64,000 bases of DNA from Curvularia clavata (lineage: Eukaryota): contig CP089274.1 in NCBI GenBank assembly GCA_023920165.1, forward strand, positions 3,100,001 through 3,164,000, read 5' to 3'. Under the pieces are notes generated by a model that did not search any database, was not told where the DNA came from, and saw only the letters and a program-made list of their open reading frames with translations. Below, one piece after another: positions 1 to 12,117 of the stretch. Every line of letters begins with the position of its first letter. Position 1 is the stretch's first letter. A program made the position numbers and the translations under genes.

Positions 1-1222
1 AGTAGTGTAGAGGGCCTTTCCGGCGGAGCGACTCGGGACCGTGTACTGAAACTAGCCTGGTTTGAGAAAAGCTGTGTTTTCCGATGGGAAACGACTAGGC
101 GAGGAGAGAGGGCAAAGAAGGATAACTACATAGGAATCAATAGAGGCTTGCTGCTCTTGGGGTGCTAGACAATGATGTAGGTGTCACGACGTATCCGTTG
201 TGCACGCCGAGCTACTCCTTCTATCATGGCGGGGTAGAGTTATGCACATGTCTTCGAAGCACATACGTGCGAAGGAAAATGCGTTTCTTGGGCTTGTTGC
301 TATGAAGAGCACATCGACGCAGTAGAGACGCGCCTGTGTACACTGTACAGGCCGAGTTGTTGAGCATCCCAAAGAGCGCCAGCAGGACAAAGGTACAAGC
401 CGTCTCTGATTGGCTGGATGCAAGCGGCATGCAGGGCCGCGACCAGACGCATCTAGTGTGCTTCCGTCTTATCATGCGCACACATCAAGTGATGGCGGTG
501 AGTGATAGCTGCTGCACCTGCAATAACCGTCGCCTGCAAGCTGAAGTCAAAGTCTTTCTCCTGCACAACATGTCGATGGAGACGAGCAGCAGGGAAAAAA
601 AGGAAAAAAGCAGAGCTTGCAATGCTGACGTTGCGCCAGCTTGATGTCACGGCGACGCAGGAGAGCCGCCAAACCGACCAAGCGGCTCTTCCGAGCCTGT
701 TACGCTAGCCGCTTTGGGAACTGCTACCGCCACTATGTGGGGTCGCAGAAGGATTTGAGCAAGGTTCCCCGACGCGCCACGCGAAGACGATATGGGGAAA
801 CCATTGGCCTTGCGACACTCTGGCTGCCACGGAAGCACACTTGTGGCTTCGGAAATACGTTGCGTAGTTCAATAAAGGCGGGCAGGCTGAGCTAGGGCAG
901 TTGATCGAGGGTGAGACGAAAGCCTGCCAAGCGACGTTTGCGAAATTTGCCGATCATACCCGTTTAGTGGCTGCCCTAGGACAACATTGACCCAGAAAGT
1001 TTCCTCAGACCACCGTCTTTCTCCTTCTGCTTTCCCGTATCCTAACACACCACCCGCCTCTCTTCCATAGACTTTCCAGCACTCTTACTTCTCTCTGTTG
1101 TTTTGCGGGTGAATACAGGCCAAACGCAGGAAAAGCTCTACTGACCCAGCAGCCCACGCGACACTCGAGCTGAAGGAAACCTGCGTGTTGGCGAAGCCGT
1201 AAGATTCATACCAGGTTACAGA

Positions 1223-3076
1223 ATGCCATTTCTCACAAAAACTCGAAGAAACAGTCCCCAAGATGCCAACGCCACTACCAACCCCGACGACCAATTTCCC
1301 GCCGCCCAGCTCGGCCTTCTAGGTACCCCTTTCCTTCTCACGCGGCCCTCGTCACATGCTAACATGTCCCCGCAGCACTGGTTCGAGTCGCTGAACCAAT
1401 TGCTCTCACCTCAATCCTTCCATATGCCTGGAAGCTCGTCTCCAACTTCCATGTCGGCTCCGAAGCAAATGCACCCTTCTTTGCTGGCCTGCTGATTTCT
1501 GCCTTCTCGCTCGCAGAGGCATGCAGCGGCATGTACTGGGGCGGCGTTTCTGATCGCATAGGTAGGAAGCCCGTCGTCATACTTGGATGTCTTGGGACCA
1601 TGTCGTCCTTGCTACTTGTCGGTCTAGCCCCCAACTTTTGGGTCGCGCTCGTCGGTAGGATCATCGGCGGTGCGCTCAATGGCAACATTGGCGTCATCCA
1701 GACCATGGTCGGCGAATTAGTCAAGCGACCTGAACATGAGCGTAAGTGATGCAATGTACGCTGCAAAGAGATCAGACACTGACTAGTCACTAGCAAAGGC
1801 GTACGCCGTCATGCCCTTCGTGTGGAGCATTGGCACCATCATAGGCCGTAAGACAAAAACCCATCCTTTGTTTCTCAATCCTCGAATGCTAACTCTCTTC
1901 AGCATCGATTGGCGGCTATTTCTCTGAGCCCGCGCATAACTTCCCTTCCGTCTTTAGCCCTACGGGACTGTTCGCCAAGTTCCCTTACCTTTTGCCAAAC
2001 ATCATCTGCGCTTCTCTGCTTTTGCTCTCCATTGTCATGGCCTACTTCTTGTTGGAAGAGACTCACCCAGACAAGCAGCCACGAGGATTCTTCGAACAGT
2101 ATGACGCGGCAGTCGCAGAGACCCCACTCCTGCCCGCTCAAGGCGCAACCGCCGATTCTGCGGCAAACTTGACCGCAGATTCGTACGGAACCTTCAACTC
2201 GGTTGAGCGCGACGAGATCTGGCGGGTGCGGTCCAACGGAGACTGGATCGAATCCCCAACTAGTGAGAAGGTCTTCACGCGACCGGTGATTATGTTTGTA
2301 ATAGCATTAGGCATCTTCACGTACCACTCGGTAAGTCTAAAAAAAGGGGGGGCATTGCAGCATATCGATTAGGGCTGACCACTCTGCAGATGACGTACGA
2401 TCACTTGCTTCCCATCTTTCTCCAAGACAAGCGCGCCAATGATGACATGAATGCACTGGATGTTGCCTCGTCCTCGCTCAGCGGTGGCCTTGGCATCCCC
2501 ATCCAGAAAGTCGGTATCATCCTTTCTCTGAACGGCGTTATTCAGCTTGCTATCCAAGCACTTGTATTTCCTGTGCTGGCTGATTGCTTTGGCGTGTGGA
2601 GATTGCTGCTCATTGTCACCGTGGCGCACCCGATTGCGTACTTTATCGTACCATTTTTACAGCTTTTGCCGGAGAACTTGCTTTACCCTGGTCTCTTCGC
2701 TTGTCTTACTGTGCGGAATCTGACATCGATTCTAGCATTCCCACTGCTGCTCATCATGATCAAGGAAGCCACCCCCGACAAGTCACATCTTGGCAAGATC
2801 AACGGACTGGCTGCCTCAACAGGCGCTGCCTGTCGCACAGTTGCCAGCCCTATTGCAGGCTTGCTCTACGGTCTGTCGATTGAATTGCGGTTCACGCCTT
2901 TGGCTTGGTGGGGGTCTGCCTTGGTCGCCATCTGTGGAGCGCTTCAAGTTCCGTTCCTGAACCGCGCTGCTCACGAGTGTCACGCCCAAGTCCGTACGGC
3001 AGCCCGATGTTGCCTTGTTAAAGAGCGTCGGCGAAGCGAAGTTGTCCACATTGTGGTCGAGGACGAGGAGTCCTGA
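1223..3076 (+). CDS. Major facilitator superfamily transporter (DHA1 / YCR023C-ZIFL-like), 5 exons
   Basis: Exons 1223-1322, 1376-1741, 1794-1847, 1903-2330, 2390-3076 joined by GT..AG introns with CTAAC/CTGAC branch sites. MFS motif A (WGGVSDRIGRKPV), GGALNGNIGV, GKINGLA, and many hydrophobic helices. Confidence 0.9.
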
Positions 3077-5094
3077 AAGCATGGTTTTGGGACCGCAATG
3101 CTTGTTGATAAAATTTCAGGGCAAATTGTTATTTCTTTTTAAACATACTTTTGTTTGCATTGCTTGGCTCTGTAGACGGCGGGCCAAGTGCGAACGGCGT
3201 TTTGTGATATACGATACCAGAATGGCATTGGCGTTGGGTATGGATAGTTTGGAGTTCGGCATGGATAGTTGGGCGAGTTCTATATTTCCTGATGCATCTA
3301 TAGATGGTAGTGGTTCGCAAAAACCTTTTTTGTGACATTAATAGCACTCCGACAAGTTGACTCCTGGACAAGTTCTTGCCCAAGTACTTTTTTGATTAGT
3401 TTGGTGATCGCCCACGGAGGACATGCCTGCTCGCATGAAGAGGGTGGTTCATGCAAAGCCCAGTAGTGGACGCAGCACAGCCTGGCTTCAACTTGAAACT
3501 ACGGGGCCATTATGTAAACGCCGAGTGGCCAAGCAAAGAGCAGCAGACATGGTTCTCAGTGATGACATATGCCTAGGACATGCCGTATACCGTTCTTCCT
3601 CGTCGCCACCAAAGATGGATCCGTAGTCCGTCCGGGGGCTGACACAGCCATTGCCATGCACTGTGTTTGGCATGTCCCTGTAAGGATACCCGCGACTATT
3701 GACATACATCCACAATGCCGTGCATGTCACTGAGAAATCTGCCGAGCATCCTTGTGTGGTGTTGGGATCAAGGACAGACAGAGTCTGCTTGTCGACAGCA
3801 CTTCTTGGAAAACGCATGTCTTTGTATTGAGGGTCTCCGTCCGCGTTAATCACGACAGGAGTCGGAATCGTGCTCATGCTTTGCCCATGGGTCGTGTCCT
3901 TGCCTGCATCCGGGGTGCTTGTTCTCGATGGCGCACAACGGGCGTGGCAAGCTGAACAACAAAATCCAGCACCTACGTCGAGCAATCCCATTGCATCGCG
4001 TTTTCTTATCCGGAAGCCCCTTCTAATTTGGTACCCAGAGCACTCGAGACGCACGGCGCCGATGGCCCCAGACCCGGTGTCGCGCGAAGCTTGTTGTTCC
4101 TGACGCTCGTTGGTCGCTACATGGGTGCAAGCAGGGCTCCACGTGAAACACGCTTAGGCGCCTTCTTTTGGCCTACAGCGTCTCGCCTCCAACCAATCCG
4201 TCCCCAAGGATCGGCCCAGAATACTGCAATAGGAAATACAGGTGACACCGGATAAGTTATGTGGAAACCGATACAGGCATGGGTGGATGCAGGAACAAGA
4301 GACAGTAAGCTGACGGCGGGAAGGGGTTCGAACTTAATACAGAAAATAGAACACGGGCAGCGTCTCTCTCCTGCACACCTCACATTCGCCTTTCAACACT
4401 GTTGATTACCGCTGCGGAGAAAAAGGCGTATGGTGGCGGCGATCAGCCCACGGATAGCTGGGCGGCAGCTTGCGGGCCAAGAAAAAGCAGTCGCTGGTGG
4501 CCCAATCGAGTGCGTATTGGACAGTTCTCTAGACGCTTGCTCGTACCTTGCATAGCAGACGATCTAGAGGAAACCACCTAGGGCGTTTCAGAAGCACCCC
4601 ATGCGTGGGCTGAGGCGATGCGACCTGGCTGCCACCACCATTCTGAGGCCGCCTAGCAACCCACGGCAGTGCAGCCATGTGGGCCTGCAGAGCGCGCGAC
4701 AAAGCCGGCCAGGAGGCCCGTAGCCATCCGTTCGTGGCTGAGCATTCCAGACCTCACTGTCAACCAATACATTGAATGTGTTTCAAGCTTGCTTGTTTTG
4801 TCCCTGTGGTGGGTTGGACAACTATAATTTACACGTCCATGCCATCTCCCCTTGGCCTCTTCACCAACTTCGTCTTTTTTAATCAGCACAGCTGTTTCAT
4901 TCGCTTACCCAGGTGGAATATATTGCCCTCTTCCAGGCTTCATTCTCTTGTTTAGGCCATCCTTCGCTTCGGTCTATCCATATTTTTTACTATATTCGTA
5001 TCGACGTTCTTTAGGTCTTGCTTCGATATCTTCTTCGACATCGTTTGCAGGCCACACGTACTATTTGCTACTATTCTTCAATTCTCGTTCCAAC

Positions 5095-7047
5095 ATGAAG
5101 ACTACTTACGCTCTTTTGGTCGCCGGCCTTGCTTCCCAGCAGGTCGCTGCCACCTGGAACTTCTTCGACAACTATGGGACTCCCAACTACAGTGACAACA
5201 AGTGTAGCGACAAGCAACAGGGCGGGTTTGACTGGTCTGACCTCAACGACGGTGACTCGGTCGGCAACTACGGAGACTTTGATTTCTCGGGCGGCTGGAA
5301 GTGCTCCAACTCGTTCGGCAAGCGTGACGTGTTGACCAAGAGGACCTTTAAGAGCAAGTGCATCAAGAACACGGTCAGCAAACAGAAGCCTGCTTCATTC
5401 GGCTGCTCCAAACGTGGCTTCTCCATCAGCCACATGGATATCTCTGCGGAGTTTGATGCTGAGCTCGAGCTGCACTACACCATGCAGGACGGATCTATCT
5501 GCAAGCAGCGCGGCAGCTGCTCTGCTGGTGGCTCCACCCTCAAGAACACTCAGTGCGGTGGTGCCAAATCCGTTCAGGTCTACCTTGGCTCTCACTACCA
5601 GGGCAGCAAGGAGTCGTGCGAGATCGGTTTCCACAACATTGGCTTTGACTGCAGTCCCGAGACGCCTTACACTCCACCTACACCGCCTAAGGCTCCTTCT
5701 ACCACCAGCATGGTTCAGTATCCCTCTTCTCCAGCGGAGAAGCCTTCTACTCCTGCCAACGAGTGTGGACAGTACGGTGGCAAGGACTGCAACTCGAAGC
5801 CAGTTCAGACTCCTACTGGCGGCTCTTGCGAGGGTAAAGATTGCTACGCAACCTCTACTCCTGAAGCATCCACATCGGCAGTTAAGACACCCACTGGTGG
5901 CTCTTGCGAAGGTGGCAACTGCTACGCTACATCTACCCCTGAGGGTTCCACCTCGCCGGTTGAGAAACCCACCTCTTCCGCTCCACAGGTTCCTGTTTCT
6001 TCGCAGGCTCCCTACACCAACACTACTGCCCCTATCTACTCTCCTCCCGAGATTCCTTCTTCTGTTGTGAAGAGCAGCACTGTGACCCCTCAACCTGAGA
6101 CCTCATCTGCTGTTGTTCCCCCAACTGTTGAGAGCTCTGCTGCTCCTGGATGCGGTTATGGCCAATCTTGCGGTCAGTCCTCTGCTGTCGACTCTTCTGT
6201 TGTCCCCAGCAGCACTGGCACTCCTCTCCCTGCTACCAGCTCTCCCGCTCCTCAGCCATCTAGCCCCAGCTACCCTCCTGCCGACGTCACCGACTCTGTT
6301 CCCAAGTGCATGAACTCGTGGCTTCAGATCTCTGCTCCTGGCTGCAAGGACAACACTGACTCCAAGTGCTACTGTGTCAAGCCCGAGTTCACCAAGAACG
6401 TTATCGACTGCCTTACAGCTCGCTGCGGAAACGACGATGAGACTCGCAAGGCGCTTCAGTACTTCATTGGTATCTGCGCGGAGCACATCCCCCAGAACCC
6501 CCAGATTGTCGGCGACTGCCCTTCATACATTCCTTTGAACCCTACTCCGGCTGCTCCCACTGGTGGTGCTTCAGTTCCCGTTCCCGCCAGCAGTGCTCCC
6601 GCGGCCGCTGAGAGCAGCTACGTTGCTGTCCCTCCTGGTGGCGGTGCGTCTGCTCCTCCTACCATCACCATCCCTGTCCCTGCGCCCCCTGCTGAGCAGA
6701 CTCCCTGCACTACCATTACCTACGGTACCACTACCCTTACTGTACCTCAGGTCCACTTCACCACTTCACCTAATACCCCTGGTGCTACCCCAACTCAGCC
6801 TGTTGCCCTCGTACCTGGCACTGCTCCAGCTGAGACCCCTGCTGCTACTACTACTGCCCCTGCTGGTGGTGTTGGTGCTCCCTACCCCACACCTACTACC
6901 ATGGGCACTGCAACTGTTCCCTTTGGTTCTGGCACGGGTGCTATCCGCCCTTCATCCCCAGCTCAGTTTACTGGCGCTGCCTCGCCGCTCAGCGCTGTGC
7001 CCAAGGGCGCCATGTTCGGAGCTGTCCTCGCCTTGTTTGCTTTGTAA
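5095..7047 (+). CDS. Secreted GPI-anchored CFEM-domain cell-surface protein, Mad1-adhesin-like
   Basis: ATG at 5095 gives signal peptide MKTTYALLVAGLASQQVAA. Cys-rich N-terminal domain, S/T/P-rich stalk, CFEM Cys pattern (PKCMNSW..CKDNTDSKCYC..VIDCLTARC..GIC), and hydrophobic C-terminal GPI signal (AMFGAVLALFAL). Confidence 0.85.
   Translation: MKTTYALLVAGLASQQVAATWNFFDNYGTPNYSDNKCSDKQQGGFDWSDLNDGDSVGNYGDFDFSGGWKCSNSFGKRDVLTKRTFKSKCIKNTVSKQKPASFGCSKRGFSISHMDISAEFDAELELHYTMQDGSICKQRGSCSAGGSTLKNTQCGGAKSVQVYLGSHYQGSKESCEIGFHNIGFDCSPETPYTPPTPPKAPSTTSMVQYPSSPAEKPSTPANECGQYGGKDCNSKPVQTPTGGSCEGKDCYATSTPEASTSAVKTPTGGSCEGGNCYATSTPEGSTSPVEKPTSSAPQVPVSSQAPYTNTTAPIYSPPEIPSSVVKSSTVTPQPETSSAVVPPTVESSAAPGCGYGQSCGQSSAVDSSVVPSSTGTPLPATSSPAPQPSSPSYPPADVTDSVPKCMNSWLQISAPGCKDNTDSKCYCVKPEFTKNVIDCLTARCGNDDETRKALQYFIGICAEHIPQNPQIVGDCPSYIPLNPTPAAPTGGASVPVPASSAPAAAESSYVAVPPGGGASAPPTITIPVPAPPAEQTPCTTITYGTTTLTVPQVHFTTSPNTPGATPTQPVALVPGTAPAETPAATTTAPAGGVGAPYPTPTTMGTATVPFGSGTGAIRPSSPAQFTGAASPLSAVPKGAMFGAVLALFAL
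5803..5958 (+). repeat. Two 78-nt (26-aa) tandem Cys-containing repeats in the adhesin stalk
   Basis: VQTPTGGSCEGKDCYATSTPEASTSA / VKTPTGGSCEGGNCYATSTPEGSTSP. Confidence 0.9.
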
Positions 7048-7551
7048 ACAGGTGTTTTTAGAACAGAAGGAAGTCTTGTAATGTGGGTCATTGCAACCCG
7101 ATTTTTCTTATGTACAGTTGTTTTGTGTGTCGGGCGTTGAGTGTACAGGTATATAAATGACGCATGGGCTTTATGTTAATGGTTGGTTGTCATTATAATG
7201 CAAGAGCGCTGGTTTCCTTGGATGTTCACAAAGTAGAAAAAAATATACAAGTACTTTGAACGCACATTCATCCTTCCTAATGAGCACCATTCTCCGCGTC
7301 TCCGCATAACTTTTCTTCTTGGCAATAATCCTGTAGGCAGTTTAGTCCGTGGACAATGCACAATGCGGGGGAATTGCATGTGAATCTTTATATTAGGGGC
7401 CGACTGCATAAGCCGAGGTCTGTCATACCGTCCCAGGGATCATGAACATCAGCTAGCCTACTCTTACCCCAGACGCCCAGATGCCGAACACAACAACAGC
7501 AGAACCCCCCTCACGTCATGGTCCCGGCTCGCACAACACCAGACGTACAGC

Positions 7552-9233
7552 ATGTCGTCGGCTAGCGCACCGCAGCCCTCACCTCCACCCGGCAACCCGA
7601 AGCCGATAGACCCGATACTGCGAAATGCGCTGCGCTACACCATCTCGGCCAAGGAGTACCAGCTGCTGCATCAGTACCTCCTTTCACGTGCGCCCGTCGT
7701 CAAGAAGCGCAGCATACACCCAAAGCGATACGATACCATTGTCAAAGGTCCGGATGATTACAACGTAGCTGCTTTCCGCGCCGCATTGCGCTTGGGCCTG
7801 GTGACGTTGTCTGGATTGAAGGCGTGGGAGGTAATCAAGGCGAAGTTCTTGTCGCGAGGAACTGTCAAGAGGTGCGTTTGCCATCTGTCTTCTCTTGAGA
7901 CGAAAAAGAAGAATGTGTCTGAAAGTGGCTTTGGTATTGACATTCTGGCAGCAATCAACCACGTGTACCCATCTGGAAATCCCCCAATGTCCGTCTCAGC
8001 AGTTCCCTCGCGCTCATACTGCTCTTCCATCGCCTCCTACGACGCGTCTTTTTGCGCATCCGCGAGAGTCTTCTCAGCAATGAAGCGCGCGCCTTTCGAC
8101 GGCGGAACCCGCGTATATCGCGTTCGCTGACGTCCAGGCTCGCCCCAGCTATCGGGTCCAGTCTCGCAGGCTTCTTCCTTGCTGTGTATCCCGGTGACCA
8201 ACTGCGCATTACCATGGCAATCTATGTCATGACAAAAGCACTGGAATTTGCCTACAATCATCTGGAAGAGCTGGGTTACATGAAGGATAGACCTAGTTGG
8301 TTCGGATCATGGCTGCTCATGCCTATTGCCTGTGGCCAATTGCTTCACGCCTTCGTCTTCGACCGCGATTGTTTCCCCTCTGGCTTGAGCAACCACGTTC
8401 TCAATAATTCACCCGAGTACATCCAGCACCGGCCCGCAGACTACCCAAAATCCGCACCTTGGCCAGGAATCTTTGACATTGTGGACAACCTTGCTGAGAT
8501 CTCGCGCCAGCGCTGGCCACCTTTTGTATCTCCCATTCTCTTCCCAGACGCAGAAACGCTCCCCAAGCGCCTTAGCTCCATCTCCCCCATTACATCGCCC
8601 GCCCATCCCGCTATCAAATCCCTCTCATGCGCGCTTCTCCACCCGCAAGACCCGTCATGCCTCCGCACCTACATCCAATACTGGATCCAAGCCTTCCCCA
8701 AGATCGCCCGCCTCTTCACCATCTTCTTCGCCGCCCTCAGCCTACGCAGCTACAAGTCCTTCCTTGCCTCGCCCATCGCCTCGCTCAACAACATGGCCAA
8801 AAAGATCCTCCGCATGTCTCTCTTCCTCTCTGGCTCCATCGGCACAGCCTGGGGCTCCATCTGCCTGCTCCAAAACATCCTGCCTCGTACTTTCCTTGCG
8901 ACCCAGCGATGGTTCCTGAGCGGCATGCTCGCTGGCATGTGGGGTTTCCTAGCCCGCAAGAATGGGAGAGCCAATTTCCTCTACACGGCGCGCATGTCGT
9001 TGGATTCGCTTTGGAAAGTCGGTGTTAAGCATGGGTGGTGGACGGGCGTTAGGAACGGTGACGTCTTGCTCTTTGTAGCGAGCTTGGCGCTTGTTAATAC
9101 CCTGTATGAGATTTCGCCTCGCTCGGTGGATAGCGGTGTTGTGCGAAAGGGGCTGGGGGTGATGAGGGGAGAGGGTTGGGTTGATAGAGCTTTGATGCCT
9201 AAACAAGACCACGAGAAGGAGAGGGAGGAGTAG
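7552..9233 (+). CDS. TMEM135-like multi-pass membrane protein
   Basis: Exons 7552-7871 and 7952-9233 (intron GTGCGT..CAG) form one frame. Motifs GQLLHAFVFDRDCFP, CALLHP..PSC and GDVLLFVASL. Confidence 0.75.
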
Positions 9234-9649
9234 AAGAGACATCTGGTTTATTGCTTCAATTCGTTTTTTTTCTTCTCTTGAACTCTGCATTTTACACTTC
9301 TAGAACTTGGGGGCTTGCTGTTGTAATATTTGAATGACGACGATGATGACCAACGATGGATGAAGACGGGCGTGTAATATTAGGAACATACATATAATGT
9401 TCCTGTGACTGCTTAGATGGAGAAGGTTGCAACAGTATTTTTTAAGGCATGCCTGAGCATACAAGAGAACGATGTGTGAATTGAACTGAGTAGAAGTAGA
9501 AGAAAATATTGGGTATATAGGAGGCTTTACGCAGAAGCTCCTGTTGCTAGACGAAAAGAAGGGACAAAAGATTCGCTCGCTTTCTCCTGCCATTACGCAC
9601 ACCTTCGTCACCGAAGAAGTTTACCTCCTCTCACATCCCGCAGCACCAC

Positions 9650-10988
9650 TCAAGCCATATTCATCGTCTGCGCACACTCGGCCAACTCTGGCTTCTCACC
9701 TCCATAGCTCTTCGGCACATTCTTTCCCAACTCAGTCGCCAGCCTGTTCCCATCACTCAAGACGAAAAACTTCCTCGTCGTCTCCTTTGGCAGAACAAGC
9801 TTAATGGCGTTGAAAACCCAGCCCATCATCGCCGGCACGTTGACGAAGAACTTGCGGGACAAGGTCTCTGGGTAGTGAGCGCCGAGCGTCTCGATAGTCT
9901 TGTCTGTGGCTGCCTTGACGAGGGGATCACGTCGGATGAACGAGACTTGGAGGTAGTCGTGGATCTGGAAGCCCTGGTAGGGGTCTGGTCCTTCACCGTA
10001 GTTGGGGATGGGGGTTGTGGCGGTGGAGAGGGAAAGGGCTTGGACGGATTTCTCCATCAGGCCGACACGCCATCGGAGAAAGCTGTTATAATTAGAGACT
10101 TGTTAGCGTCATGCCCCTTTTCCATGTGTCTAGAAGAGATCCTAGGGGGAATTGAATAACTTACCCATCCAGATCGCCAAACGTGGCCTTGTTATCCTTG
10201 ACAGCGCCGTAGATGTTAAAGGTAGCAACATCCTTCTTGTTCGGGCTCTCAGGGACACCTTCAACTTCCAATACGTAGCCAAGTCCTTCGAACCGGCTCT
10301 TCTCGTACGTCTCGCCTGCAGCCTTGATCGGGTCGAATGTCTTCCTCCACTTGAGCGTCTCGAGGAGTTGCGCCTTTGCCTTTGTCAGGTCATTCTGGTT
10401 CGCGCGCAGGAACTTTTGCAGTATGAGCTTGGTGTGGAACGCGTTGGACTTGCTCAGCTCGATACCATAGACTTCGTTGTGTTGGGCTTCGGTGACGAGG
10501 GCCTCAAACGCGTCATAGAACTTTGTGAGGGGGTGTTCGGGCGCCGTTTCGGGCCACACGGGACCGTTGGTGGGTTCTACAGTGCTAGCTTCGGGCTTCG
10601 CGTCGCTTGCGGATGCGGCAGCGGGTGCTGTTGTGTCAACTGGTGCTGCTGCTTCTGTCTTGCTTTCCTCCTTGACTTCCTCCTGTTTCTCCTTCTCTTC
10701 CTCCTGTTTCTCCTTCTCTGCCTCCTTTTCCTCGGTCTCCTTCTTTTCCTCAACGTCCTTCTTCTCCTCCTCAATTTTCTTCTCCTCTTCTGGTTTCTTC
10801 TCAGCGACTGAAAGATCGGCTACTCCCGCAGTCGCGCTGTCAACAGCCTCTGTGTTCTCCTTCTTCTCGGCGGGCTCGGTGGGCTCGGCCGTGAGACCAG
10901 CTTCGGGCTGCTTCTCTGGCACAGCGTCATTGAGAAGCCCGGCACCCTGGGTGGCTATTGGGGTTGTTTCTTCTGGTTGCGCTGCCAT
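9650..10988 (-). CDS. SFH5: Phosphatidylinositol transfer protein Sfh5 (CRAL-TRIO)
   Basis: Exons 10988-10165 and 10082-9650. Motifs ILQKFLRANQ, FLRWRVGLME, QIHDYLQVSFIR and HYPETLSRKFFVNVP; acidic/Lys-rich N-terminus. Confidence 0.9.
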
Positions 10989-11498
10989 GTTGTGCTTGTA
11001 TCGATCTTCGTGAGTGCAATGCGCTGTTTGTACGGTGGTTTTGGAGATGTTATGAGGTGGACGGAAATCACACCATAATCTCCGAAACCGCAACCGTTAT
11101 ACGAACACGCGCGTTCACGTGCCCTCCACCAGCAATGGAAACATGCGTTACCAAACGATTCGAGTATGTAATGAGACTAGAGTAGACTAGATTGTTCAAT
11201 GGGCAATGGCACACTTGGAAAGATAATGCATACAATATTCTTATCAAGCTATGGACTTCTACGCTCGACAGTGTGATGGCGGTTGCCCATATCCCCCCTC
11301 TCTGACCCATGTCGATACTGCACGTACCCAGGCGCTTCTTGGGACCACCAATACAACAAAGCCGGGTAACTTGCTCTGAAATGACGGTAAGTCCCATAAG
11401 GCCGACATTAACAAAGCGCGACAAGCACTAAAACAATCTGTATCCTGATTAGCACAAACTCAAACTTATTACGTTGTGCAAGGATCAGAATAAAAAAG

Positions 11499-11589
11499 CA
11501 ATCAGTCGAAAGATGAAAAGTCTCGAAAAGTTTGTCAATCAGTGGGGCGAACCCCTCTGAGTTAGCATGAATTGGTGTTCATCATAGCA
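11499..11589 (-). ncRNA. Box C/D snoRNA (C), guide to LSU rRNA domain I
   Basis: C box ATGATGA 11585-11579 and D box CTGA 11505-11502. The guide CTTTTCATCTTTCGA directly abuts D and is complementary to 28S TCGAAAGATGAAAAG (15 nt, recalled consensus). Internal hairpin TCAG-A-GGGG-TTCG-CCCC-A-CTGA. Confidence 0.8.
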
Positions 11590-11741
11590 AATAGCAAGTA
11601 GAACAAAATAGATATTTACCTTTTGATCGAAAGCTGGTTGCTGAAAGTACTGAGTAATCAAGAACTAATTAGACATCTAGCATGGAGTCAGCGACATGTC
11701 CTCTGTATGTATGTTGCGACTGAGAAATGCATGTAGATAGA

Positions 11742-11818
11742 TATTCAGGTAATCGAACTAATTTGTTCCCCATGGGTAGGTCGGTATTTGATAATACACT
11801 TGATTGCTCATCATTGGA
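11742..11818 (-). ncRNA. Box C/D snoRNA (B), double guide (18S and 28S)
   Basis: C box 11814-11808. D' box CCGA 11784-11781 is preceded by the complement of 18S TATTTGATAATAC (13 nt). D box CTGA 11748-11745 is preceded by the complement of 28S TAATCGAACTA (11 nt). Confidence 0.8.
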
Positions 11819-12117
11819 GACTAGGTGTTGGGGGTGCCAAGGGGGTATTCTAACCTTTTCTACCATATCATAGCCTCACGAAGCCTTCCGCATACCACGC
11901 ACACTATATTGCTGCTTTCAAACACCTCGAGCCGTGGGCAGTGGATGCGCAGTACGTAAAAGGCTTCGTGAAGCTATGATAGGCGCGTCGCTACTAGACC
12001 GCGCCAGCGCATGCATTGCGCTCACAAACGGCGAACCATGGCAGACGGTCGAAACCTTTAGAACATGTTAGCAGTGATTCGTGAGAAACTTTTGCGCAAC
12101 AATTCGGTGAAGATTGA

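Noticed and set aside
3559..3642. Plus-strand GTGATGA..CTGA spaced ~84 nt
   Set aside because: No recognisable rRNA guide; lies in an ordinary intergenic region.
4852..5094. 81-aa N-terminal extension of the adhesin ORF in the track
   Set aside because: Begins at TTG in a pyrimidine-rich 5' UTR; the signal peptide starts at ATG 5095.
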